Below, piece after piece: positions 39,483-48,663 of a stretch of 64,000 nucleotides of DNA; the first letter of the stretch is position 1; every line of letters begins with the position of its first letter. The position numbers were made by a program, and so were the translations under genes. The stretch lies in contig CAVTUQ010000034.1 of assembly GCA_963737905.1 (NCBI GenBank), positions 64,001 through 128,000 on the forward strand. The letters are read 5' to 3'. The notes under the pieces were generated by a model. It made no database searches. It was not told where the DNA came from and worked only from the letters and a program-made list of their open reading frames with translations. This DNA is from an uncultured delta proteobacterium. GTDB taxonomy: Bacteria > Desulfobacterota > Binatia > UBA9968.

Positions 39483-41012
39483 TTACGGAAGGCGTCCATA
39501 AATACCGATACCTCCAGTCTCGTTTAGCGTCGCGGTGGTGGAAAGAGGAATCGGTACGATCGTCAGAGGCACATAGGCGTGCTTACGGACGATGTCATCG
39601 CACTTGCTGCCATGTTTGTCGTCACCACGACTACGGTCGTCGCGTTCACATGCGAAACCGAAGCCCGCGGCCACCGAATGGGACGTCCTGGTCGTTAAAA
39701 TGTTCTGGATCCATTCCGGTCCGCCTGGGCCACTGTCCCTTGATCCAGCATCGATGATGCCAAGACTCGAGGCGGGGTTGGACGGCGCAGTAGGTGGATT
39801 ACTTATCTTCCCGGTTGAGGTCCAACTCGACATAGCCAGGTAGTACTTGTTGTCCCCCGGGTTGTACCACACCTCGTCTGAACCGCCGGCCTGGGTGAAG
39901 GTCTTCAGGACCTTGCCGGTCGTCGCCTTCATGATGATGGTTATCAATTGAGTGCCTGGATCACCATCACCGCTGCAACCCAGGAGCAGATTCTGGCGGG
40001 GACCTAACGTCAAACCGTGTGGGAAACAGGGCACCCCGTCCCCCGGACCCGTACCGGTTGTGTCAAAGGCGTCGACGACCTCCTTGGATATCGGATCGAT
40101 CACTGCGATTTCGCCGTTAGGATGTCCTTCACTCGCCGGTACAGCAAGATAAAACCTGCGCGTCGCATGGTCGTACACAGGCTGCTCTATACCACCTGTG
40201 GAACAACCACCGGTGGGGCAAGGCAGATTCAAGGGATTGGGGCTTCTAAAATAGATCTGTTTCACTACGTTTATATTATTCGGGTTTGAAGAGACCGAGA
40301 TAAGAGCGATGAATAGATCCAAATCATCATCCCACGCCATCAGAATCAACTGATGGTCTGGGTCATAGGCCAGCTCATCTGCACGACGTGAAGCACCGGT
40401 TTCGGAGGCCGAAATGATTCTAAGAGGAGTATTGGACGTCGGCAAACCGTCTTTATCCAAGCTATAAACTCGTATATCGCCATTTCCATCGCCGGCCCAG
40501 AGTTGGCGCGGGCTTGTCGTCGTTAATACCCCGTTGGGCCCGGCTGAGTTGGCGGGTGGGGCGGGCAAACAGTTTAGAGTTGGGGGTTGGGGGCAGTTAA
40601 TGCCAACAAATCCACCGGCCAACCCGACGACCTTTTCGCTCTTTGTATCAATTATATCAACACCACCGTTGTTACGATCGGCCATATACAGTTTCTGCGT
40701 TGCTGGATCAAACCAACTAATGTCCACGCTCCAGCGGCTATTCGGGCTTGTGTCAAGGGTTGTAACTAAGCCTTGACAGGGAGCAGGGTTTACAAGGGTC
40801 GGAGGGGGAGGAACTTGCGGGATGACAAGAACGCCTCCGTTGATGATACAGTCAGACGTAATCCTATTCCCTCTCACCCCAAAATTAGCTGCATCATCGG
40901 AATCTTCATCGGCTAGAACTGAAGCCGTACTGCTCACGAATATCATCAGTATCAACCAAGCACACACCGAAATCATTTTCTCTACCATTCTTGTCGTTTT
41001 CTTTGTTTTCAT
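39483..41012 (-). CDS. Secreted Cys-rich beta-propeller protein (paralog)
   Basis: GGAGG RBS, signal peptide, DISW, YMADRNN, GPNG, RADE, EQP, GSDEVW, SHSVAA. Confidence 0.85.
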   Translation of the reverse strand: MKTKKTTRMVEKMISVCAWLILMIFVSSTASVLADEDSDDAANFGVRGNRITSDCIINGGVLVIPQVPPPPTLVNPAPCQGLVTTLDTSPNSRWSVDISWFDPATQKLYMADRNNGGVDIIDTKSEKVVGLAGGFVGINCPQPPTLNCLPAPPANSAGPNGVLTTTSPRQLWAGDGNGDIRVYSLDKDGLPTSNTPLRIISASETGASRRADELAYDPDHQLILMAWDDDLDLFIALISVSSNPNNINVVKQIYFRSPNPLNLPCPTGGCSTGGIEQPVYDHATRRFYLAVPASEGHPNGEIAVIDPISKEVVDAFDTTGTGPGDGVPCFPHGLTLGPRQNLLLGCSGDGDPGTQLITIIMKATTGKVLKTFTQAGGSDEVWYNPGDNKYYLAMSSWTSTGKISNPPTAPSNPASSLGIIDAGSRDSGPGGPEWIQNILTTRTSHSVAAGFGFACERDDRSRGDDKHGSKCDDIVRKHAYVPLTIVPIPLSTTATLNETGGIGIYGRLP

Positions 41013-41127
41013 TGTTGCCTCCCTTAAATGTGACGTATCAAAAAATTTGCATCGACGGTTTACCGCCAGGAACGCTCACGAAAGGGGCGGTCGAGTCTGT
41101 CTTCGCGTAATCGTTGAAAAACAGCCG

Positions 41128-41508
41128 TCACAAATAAGGAGAGGAGTCCTTAAGGGAATTCCGCGCAAGGCCTACCCGATAGCCATGAGATCGAGCTGTA
41201 CCGAGTGGTGAGGCTCTTAAAAGTTTGGTCCAGGGCGGTCGACTGCATTCCGCTGATCTATCTGAAAACAGGAGCGAGATATCACCGCCAAGTTCCGACT
41301 GTTCAGAAGAATAATTAATCTCCGTGCCAGAGGGCACGACAGCCACGATGACGGTTCTTTTCGCTGGAGCCGGCAGCCTATGGATACTTGATCCGTCCAG
41401 ATCAAGTACGTCGAAGAGAATATAGGAAAAAACTAGAAGCATGCTGACGACATAAGTCGCCCGCCAAACTCTTGAGGAATGAATCGGCCACGAATCCGAT
41501 AGCATCAA
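41128..41508 (-). CDS. Small hypothetical protein with one hydrophobic helix
   Basis: ATYVVSMLLVFSYILFDVLDLDGS; first gene after the regulatory box at 41610. Confidence 0.5.
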   Translation of the reverse strand: MMLSDSWPIHSSRVWRATYVVSMLLVFSYILFDVLDLDGSSIHRLPAPAKRTVIVAVVPSGTEINYSSEQSELGGDISLLFSDRSAECSRPPWTKLLRASPLGTARSHGYRVGLARNSLKDSSPYL

Positions 41509-41609
41509 AACCTCGCCGCTCCACGCTTCTTAAAGCGCCACGCAGTCCTACCAGATCAAACCTAAAATGCCAAAATATTCCAGGAACATTGCCCGTAGAT
41601 TGCCCGGAC

Positions 41610-41627
41610 ATTACATTCTTGAAAGGT
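41610..41627 (-). promoter_or_regulatory. Response-regulator box copy 1
   Basis: ATTACATTCTTGAAAGGT (+ strand). Confidence 0.65.
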
Positions 41628-41650
41628 TCGAAAGTGAGAGAGAGGCGAGA

Positions 41651-43057
41651 TCAGCCAATGGGAATAGCAGCGTTTGGAAGATAGAGCGTGAAAACGGAAC
41701 CGCCGCCGGGTTCGCTGTCAACTTCGATGCGTCCCTTGTGAGCTTCGACCACGGCTTTGACCAGACTTAAGCCCAGGCCCAATCCCGGTTCCGAGCGGCT
41801 CTTATCGCCGCGGTAGAGACGATCCCATATCTTGGGAACCTCATCGGATAAAATACCGATTCCAGTGTCCTTGACTAGAATCACGGTGTGCGCTTGTTCT
41901 TGATACGCGCCGATAACTATACTTCCGCCGTGAGGAGTATATTTGATTGCGTTGTCTAATAAATTGGCCAGAACCTGACGCATTCGGTTATGGTCTGCAG
42001 TCATGCCTATGTCTTTGGCGCAATTGACGGATATAGTAATGGTTTTGTCTTCTGCCACGTACTCATAGAGTCCAACGGTATCTTCAATGAGACTCGCGAT
42101 GTTGACCGGAACAAGGCTCAACTTCATGGTTCCCGTTTCCGCCTCTGAGATGTCCATGAGGGTGTTCAAAAGCATCAGCACCCGCTCTGATTCCTCAAGA
42201 CAGTCAGCCAGTGTCTCCTCGCAACGTTCCCGCCCCGAAGCCGATTGTAGGGCCGTCTCGGCGATGCCCCGCAGTCTGGTCATTGGAGTGCGCAAATCGT
42301 GGGCGACGTTATCCAATGTTTCTCTCATCCCCTTGATCAAGCCTTCGATTCTTTCCAACATCCTATTGAACAGTCCGCTCAGCTCATCCAGTTCATCACC
42401 GGTCTTTCCAATGGGAACACGGGCATCCATCCTTCCGGTATCTACAATCGACTGCGTGATATGGATAAGATTACGAATCGGTCGCAGCGCGCGAAACGCA
42501 AGAAACGCCCCTCCCGCTAGGCTGATAAGAATCATCGGTATCATGACGCCCGCTATGGTATCCCGGAAATGCTCCAGAACCTCTTTACGGTCCTCGAGAT
42601 TCTTGCCGACTTCCAACAGATAGCCGTTGGGCAGATACGCGAAGGTAACTTCCAATACATCGCGGCCTTGTTTGGCTGGGAAATATTGCCATTCCCCCAC
42701 GATGGGCCGGTCTTGAAGGGGTTTGAGATCGAATTTGTCCCAGAGCTTGGGGTTACTTGAGAATACGATCTCGTCCTCCGAATCAAGTATGCGGACGAAG
42801 AGGGCGGTGCGCCGACTATCCTCTCGATCATCCCCTATTGCCTTTTCGATGGCAGGAATTCCGCCTTCTTGGCCGAGAGATAGATACTCGCTGAGTTTCA
42901 GCTGAACAGTTTCTCGAGTATCTTCAAGGGATGAGGACAGAAATACGTACGAGACGATGAACAGGATGACCGAGCTCAAAATGAAAATCGTCGAATACCA
43001 AAGGGTCAGGCGAACGCCAAGCTTTTTTTGGGCACGGTCAAACAATTTTAAGGACAT
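41651..43057 (-). CDS. HAMP-domain sensor histidine kinase (CusS/BaeS-like)
   Basis: 2 TMs, AHDLRTP, NLLDNAIKY, DTGIG, GLGLGL. Confidence 0.93.
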   Translation of the reverse strand: MSLKLFDRAQKKLGVRLTLWYSTIFILSSVILFIVSYVFLSSSLEDTRETVQLKLSEYLSLGQEGGIPAIEKAIGDDREDSRRTALFVRILDSEDEIVFSSNPKLWDKFDLKPLQDRPIVGEWQYFPAKQGRDVLEVTFAYLPNGYLLEVGKNLEDRKEVLEHFRDTIAGVMIPMILISLAGGAFLAFRALRPIRNLIHITQSIVDTGRMDARVPIGKTGDELDELSGLFNRMLERIEGLIKGMRETLDNVAHDLRTPMTRLRGIAETALQSASGRERCEETLADCLEESERVLMLLNTLMDISEAETGTMKLSLVPVNIASLIEDTVGLYEYVAEDKTITISVNCAKDIGMTADHNRMRQVLANLLDNAIKYTPHGGSIVIGAYQEQAHTVILVKDTGIGILSDEVPKIWDRLYRGDKSRSEPGLGLGLSLVKAVVEAHKGRIEVDSEPGGGSVFTLYLPNAAIPIG

Positions 43058-43712
43058 ACCCCACTCCTCTGCGGGTGTGAATGAGCTTATTCTTAAAGTC
43101 CCGGTCCACCTTATTACGCAGCCTGCAGACCAGCACATCCACCACGTTCGTCTGCGGATCAAAGTCATAGCCCCAAACGTGCTCCATAATCATATTCTTC
43201 GACAACACCCTGCCCGGGTTGCGCATGAGGTATTCCAGTAAGGAAAATTCGCGGGGCTGCAAGTCGATTTTCGTGCCTGCTCGAACGACTTCTCGTGTCA
43301 GCAAGTCCAGCGAAATCTCGCCGGCCGTCAGTTGCGTAGGCTCAGTCACGTTGCCGGTTCTGCGGATGAGCGCCTGTACCCGTGCTAGAAGCTCGGCGAA
43401 AGCGAATGGCTTGGTCAGGTAATCATCAGAGCCCACTTGCAATCCTTTGACCCGATCGTCCACAGAGCGTTTCGCGCTAAGGATGATCACAGGGGTGTTG
43501 ATCTTCTTCTGTCGAAGACGCTCAATAAGGCTCAACCCGTCCAGTTTGGGCAACATGATGTCGATGACGGCCACATCGTAAGATTGTGCTGTCGCCATGT
43601 GCAGACCATTTTCCCCGTCCGCCGCATGGTTCACAGCGAACCCTGCCTGCGTCAGCCCGTTTACGATAAACGCGGCGATCTTCTGGTCATCTTCTGCAAC
43701 TAACACTCGCAT
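43038..43712 (-). CDS. OmpR-family response regulator (CusR/CopR-like)
   Basis: EDD, DIMLP, DDYLTKPF, NVVDV, IHTRRGVGY. Confidence 0.94.
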   Translation of the reverse strand: MRVLVAEDDQKIAAFIVNGLTQAGFAVNHAADGENGLHMATAQSYDVAVIDIMLPKLDGLSLIERLRQKKINTPVIILSAKRSVDDRVKGLQVGSDDYLTKPFAFAELLARVQALIRRTGNVTEPTQLTAGEISLDLLTREVVRAGTKIDLQPREFSLLEYLMRNPGRVLSKNMIMEHVWGYDFDPQTNVVDVLVCRLRNKVDRDFKNKLIHTRRGVGYVLKIV

Positions 43713-43743
43713 GATTCGATCCTCATTGCTGCGACAGAGAACA

Positions 43744-43906
43744 CTATAAAATACCAGACAATAGTGGGGTAACAACCAGGCCCGGTCCGCCATCAGCCGC
43801 AGCAAGACGAGGTGCCGATTCGCTGATTGTCCCGTCGATCTTGAAAAAGATAAGAGCTAACCGAAAAAAAGGGACTGCAAATCCAGAATGAGCTAGCCCG
43901 GTTCAT
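43744..43906 (-). CDS. Putative 53-aa small membrane protein (needs one-base correction)
   Basis: GGAG RBS + ATG; 163 nt = 54 codons + 1; MNRASSFWIAVPFFRLALIFFKIDGTISESAPRL... Confidence 0.3.
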
Positions 43907-44003
43907 GAAAAACTCCCACAAGTCTGTTTTTTCAAGCAACTCCGATCCTACTATAAACGAGCCATGTGTGATCGGGGAAACGTTGCTGAAATATTTCCTG
44001 AAG

Positions 44004-44021
44004 ATTATATTTTTGAAAGGG
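44004..44021 (-). promoter_or_regulatory. Response-regulator box copy 2 (autoregulatory position)
   Basis: ATTATATTTTTGAAAGGG. Confidence 0.6.
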
Positions 44022-44302
44022 TTGAACGAAGCGAGAAAGGGCTTACGCGAGAAAGGTAAGGAGATGCCTAGAGCGAATTAGCTACATGAAGAGCTGCAGG
44101 ATTACCGTAAAACCACAAAAGACAAGAGTCGGGAATCATATCGGCAGTGGAGGGGCGGAGCAGAAATAAGCCAGAATTCGGACAATTGCGACGAGGGAGA
44201 ATTACAGATGTGTATCCCCGTTTAGCGGGTGGCTGGCCGATCATCTCCTCATGCGGCTAGATTAGTGGTGTAATCCCGATTTGTCTGCGGCTTTCAGAAG
44301 GC

Positions 44303-45199
44303 TTACCAAGTGAATCCGACGGTTACGCCTGTTGCCCCCTGTCCTGGAAGCATAGGCAGGATAATCAGCGAAGTGGGTTTTTCTCTTTGACGATGCAAGT
44401 AAAATAAAAGCTCCGTGGTTCCCGCGCCGACTAACGCTGAGCCCAAAATATCAGAGGCCCAGTGGGCATCTTTTCCCATCCGTCCTACGCCGGTCATCAC
44501 CGCGAGGCTGTAAGCGGGGACCGCCGCCCACCAGTGATAATCAAACGCCTCACTGATGGCTGCGGCCGCCGCAAAAGTCGGTGTGGTGTCACCGGAAACG
44601 AAGGACTGACCGCCCTGAAAAAAAGCCCGAGGACCGTCACCGGCATTGGGCCTTTTCCTACCGAAAGCGTACTTCATGCCTACTGTTAAGAGCGACGACA
44701 ATCCAATGCCTTCTATTCCTGTCAATACCGCGTGACGCGCCTCATCGTTATGCGAATAAAGACCCCACCCATAGATGACTCCCAAACTACCCATCGTAGT
44801 TCCCTGGCCAATAGCCGTTAAATGACCTGCAGTACTATCGGGAATATTTTTCGCATTGCGCCGAAGTGGATCATCTAAACCGTAAATTGTAGCCGGGATA
44901 GTGCCAATAATGACGGTAGCAGTAAGGACATCCACTAAAGTCACCTCTTGAATTCGAAGCGGCAACTTAAGTATGTCTCCCGTGTCACTGTAGAGCGAGT
45001 GAAGGAGATAACTGCCATCATCAGCAAGCAAATGGAACAGGTTCCCACGGGCAAGATTGGCGGGCTGACCAGGACTCGCGGCAGAGTCCTGCGCGCTTGC
45101 ATGGGAGTCAATACCGGGAGACATAGCAAAAACAAAAAGGAAGAGAATGTAAAATAGAGAGCTTAGCATTTCGTGTCTCCGACGAACTGTGCTTCCCAT
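44303..45199 (-). CDS. PAP2 family phosphatase with C-terminal beta-strand
   Basis: KYAFGRKRP, SFVSGD, RMGKDAHWASD; ends in VTVGFTW. Confidence 0.88.
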   Translation of the reverse strand: MGSTVRRRHEMLSSLFYILFLFVFAMSPGIDSHASAQDSAASPGQPANLARGNLFHLLADDGSYLLHSLYSDTGDILKLPLRIQEVTLVDVLTATVIIGTIPATIYGLDDPLRRNAKNIPDSTAGHLTAIGQGTTMGSLGVIYGWGLYSHNDEARHAVLTGIEGIGLSSLLTVGMKYAFGRKRPNAGDGPRAFFQGGQSFVSGDTTPTFAAAAAISEAFDYHWWAAVPAYSLAVMTGVGRMGKDAHWASDILGSALVGAGTTELLFYLHRQREKPTSLIILPMLPGQGATGVTVGFTW

Positions 45200-45589
45200 G
45201 TCATCCTCCTTAGGACCGAAAATAAGGTCATCCAGTCATAGAGGAGGCTGCGGCAGGTCCTCATCTACTGGGACCCTAATGAACATATTCGCACGGGCCA
45301 TCGAGAAGGGCTTGGCCGGAAAGCCGACTGCCATTGAGTTGTTCGTAACTTCCCAGCGGCACACAAGTCGCCTCACAACGGTTTGCGATTGACTGTTTCC
45401 GCCTGTGGTTGAGACCCGCCGGCTGCGTGTCGTACCGAACCGTGACAAACACTGGCGCGCATGTAACACATACGCGACTCTCACCATTCTAGGCAGACTC
45501 AGGAGGGCCAACTATTGAGGAAATAAAGGACTAGCGTTTTCTAGCCCTTGAGAGCTATCCCTGATGACTATCGTTGGACTGGTTGATCG

Positions 45590-46261
45590 CTATTCGGCAG
45601 GGTTTTTCACGGCAAATATGCCTTGCTGGATCGCCAGGGCCGCAGCTTGTACACGGTTTTGGAGATGAAGTTTTCCGAGGATACTTTTGAGATGATTCTT
45701 TACGGTATTCTCCGCAATGTCCAATCTCGAGCCGATTTCTTTATTGGTGAGCCCCGCCGCCAAAAGTTGAAGCACCTCTTTCTCTCGTTCCGTGAGATCA
45801 TCGACCGGAGTGGTTTCGGAATGTTTTGATGCCCGAGCGGCAAACTCTTTCAAAATTCTCGCGGCGGTCGCTCCGGAAAGAGGCGCCTCACCGCGGAAAA
45901 CTCCTACAAGCAACTCCCGAAGCTTTTCAGGCTCGACTTTTTTTGAAAGATACCCGTGGGCTCCGCATTTGATGGCTTCGAAGAGGTCCTTATCCTCCTC
46001 CGAGATCGTTAAGATGACTATGCGCGTCGCGGGTAAGGCGCTGGTAATCTGGCGCGTGGCCTCCAACCCGTTGACGACCGGCATATGAATGTCCATCAAA
46101 ACCAGGTCGGGTTTGCTAGCCGCAGCCTTCGCGATGGCTTCTGCGCCGGTTTCCGCTTCGCCTATGATCTCGAAACATTTTTCTTTTTCGAGGAGGCTGG
46201 CCAAGCCCTTTCTGAAGAGAGTGTGGTCGTCAGCCAGCAGCAGACGAATGTTTTTCATCAT
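45590..46261 (-). CDS. NarL/LuxR-family response regulator
   Basis: LADDH, MDIHMP, LTEREKEVL, TNKEI, TVKNH. Confidence 0.94.
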   Translation of the reverse strand: MMKNIRLLLADDHTLFRKGLASLLEKEKCFEIIGEAETGAEAIAKAAASKPDLVLMDIHMPVVNGLEATRQITSALPATRIVILTISEEDKDLFEAIKCGAHGYLSKKVEPEKLRELLVGVFRGEAPLSGATAARILKEFAARASKHSETTPVDDLTEREKEVLQLLAAGLTNKEIGSRLDIAENTVKNHLKSILGKLHLQNRVQAAALAIQQGIFAVKNPAE

Positions 46262-47754
46262 ATTCTCGCCGTGCGAGCGGCAGCTGGATAAACACTCGGG
46301 TCCCCTGTCCCGGCCCGCTGCTAATGCTGAGCTTCCCGCCCGCAGATTTTGCGCGATCTTTCATGGTCTTGAGGCCAAACCGCAAGTGCGTTTCTGAGGT
46401 TCTATCCGCGAACCCCCTTCCATCATCTGCGATGGTTATGTTGGCAGTCTCTCCGTCGGCCGTTATCGTGACCTTCCCTTTCGTTGCGTCGGCGTGTTTA
46501 ACGATGTTAGTGAGGGCCTCATGGATGATTCGGATTAACTGGATTTCAACTGGCGACGAGAAATTAATCGTTTCAGGATGATCCACTTTGAGCTCCACCG
46601 GGATTCCCTTTACCTCGCTGAAGTCCCTGAGGTAATCATCGAGCGCGGCGACCAATCCGGGTTGATTCCCCAGTGCGAGAGCGCGCAAGCCAAATATGGA
46701 TTCCCGGAGGTTTTGATAGGCTTCGTCTACGGTCTTAAACAATTCGGTCAAGATATTTTTTGTTTTAGTCGATGCATGCTTCCCCAAGCTCGTGTCGGCC
46801 TCAATCAGTTTGAGACGGAAGCAGGCCAAGTCCTGGGCGAGGCTGTCGTGAAGTTCGCAAGCCAATCTTTCCCTTTCCTCTAACATCGCCAGTCCTTTTA
46901 ATTTTTCTTCATGCTCTCTTAGCTGCTTGGCCATGCGATTGAACGCATGGCTCAAGAACCGATTTCATCCGTCGAAGTGACCGGTACGGTCTTCGACAGA
47001 TCCCCTTTCGCAATTTCGCTGGAACGCTCGGCGAGCTGCCGTAGCGGTAGAACGATCGCACGGTGAAAATAGCGTTTTGACGCCAATAGGAAGAGGGTGC
47101 CGATCAGAACCAATGCGACATTAAATCCCATCGTCAGTCGCATTTTTCGCCGCGTTTCCGAAACCAGCCGATCTTCGACGCTCTCGTGCTCCATGCTGAT
47201 CCGGTCGGCGAAGACTTGGATTCGATGCTGTATGCTCTCCATCACTTCCAAGTCATGGATGTTCACTTCGCTCCCCGGCCGCCCTAGGCCATGTTGTGTT
47301 CGGCTAACGATTCTTGCTGAAACACCTTCGGCATCGGCGATCATCTCCTGCATCTCTTGGATATTTCGCGCCTCTCGCCAGACTTTTTGTAAAGAGTTAA
47401 CAAGGTGTCAAAGTCTTTTGAGGAAGTCTTGACCAGAGAATCCGGAATTGCCCTGCCTTGTAGTTGGGCCAGCTGTATTTCCGCAGTGAAAGACTGTAGG
47501 CCGCTATCGATTTGTTCGACAAATTGCACCTGTTCGCTCTGTCTCGCTATGACATCTGATTTGAGCAGATGAGATCTGAGCAGGTAAAAGGAAGTACCTC
47601 CAACCACGACGACTAGTATGAACAGGAAAATAAAAACGAAGCTTAATTTGCGGTCTATTCGTCCTGTGAATTCCCTGCTTGCGTCTTCGTGTAGCTCGAT
47701 CCCGCTCCCTCTTGTGGGAGGCGATTTCCGGAACCGAGCCAGCAGAGATAACAT
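46230..47754 (-). CDS. NarX-like (HisKA_3) sensor histidine kinase, split by two frameshifts (about 46955 and 47360)
   Basis: TM - periplasmic - TM - HAMP (DEIG) fragments, then ERERLACELHDSLAQ, EALTNIVKHA, DDGRGF. Confidence 0.85.
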
Positions 47755-47848
47755 GGAGATCAGATCCTACTATAGCACTCGCAATCAGACAATCATCCGG
47801 CCGGCATCGGCCCACGGACACGAAGCCCTGGTTAGTGGATTTTCACCT

Positions 47849-48625
47849 TCATGGTGTGACGAGATTGCCCATGACTTTTCCGGCAAAGTGGGTATGCATT
47901 CGCCGCGGTGTGAATTTCAGCAAGTAGACCAGCAGCCGGTTATGCCAGCCCGGAATCGCGACGGATGTCTTGCCCAATTTTTTCAGAGCCAGGCGGACGA
48001 CGGGTTCAACCGCCATCGCCGCGACTGGGCGGGAGCCGGCGATTTCGTGGATCGGTGTCCGTTGAGCCTGGACACTGCGCCAGGACATCCACTCCTTCTT
48101 TTCCTAGCTCGTACCTTAAAGACTCGGCCAAAAAGAGCTCATATACTTTGCTTGCGGCATAACTCGACTCGTACGGAGTCGCAATGTAACCGCTTACGGA
48201 TGACACGAATATAATTCCGCCTCGCTTTCGTTGTGCCATTTGGCGCCCGAAGACATGCGTCAGAATAAGAGGCGCGCGGCAATTGACGTCCAGGAGCGCC
48301 AGTTCTTTCTTCACTTCATGCTCTAAAAACTTACCTGCTATGCCGAATCCCGCATTGTTGACCAGAAGCCCCACGTCGATAGATTCCGTTCTTGAGAGAA
48401 TCAACGAAGAAAGTCAGGTTGGGACAAGTCAGCAATAATCGTTCTGACTTGGATTTTGCTTGTGCTTTCTAGCCGCCCTGCCAACTCTTCGATTCTCTCC
48501 CTGCGCCGCGCGACGAGCACCAAATTCAAACCCATCGCCGCCAACTGGCTAGAAAACTCGGCGCCGATACCCGCAGAGGCTCCGGTGACAAGCGCCCACG
48601 GTCCGTAGCGTTCTACAAATGTCAT
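47849..48625 (-). CDS. SDR oxidoreductase (DltE-like), frameshifted
   Basis: [31 protein letters not shown] spread over three ORFs. Confidence 0.85.
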
Positions 48626-48663
48626 ACCTGCAACTCTCGATCTTTAACCATGCCAGAGTCCGC

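Noticed and set aside
37893-41012. Calling the propeller proteins cytochrome cd1 nitrite reductases
   Set aside because: No CxxCH heme motif and no nir genes nearby.
45250-45365. Cobalamin riboswitch (GGGAAG and GACCTGCC words on the - strand)
   Set aside because: The conserved 5' core (AGGGAA..CGGTG, GCCCCCGC.ACTGT) is missing.
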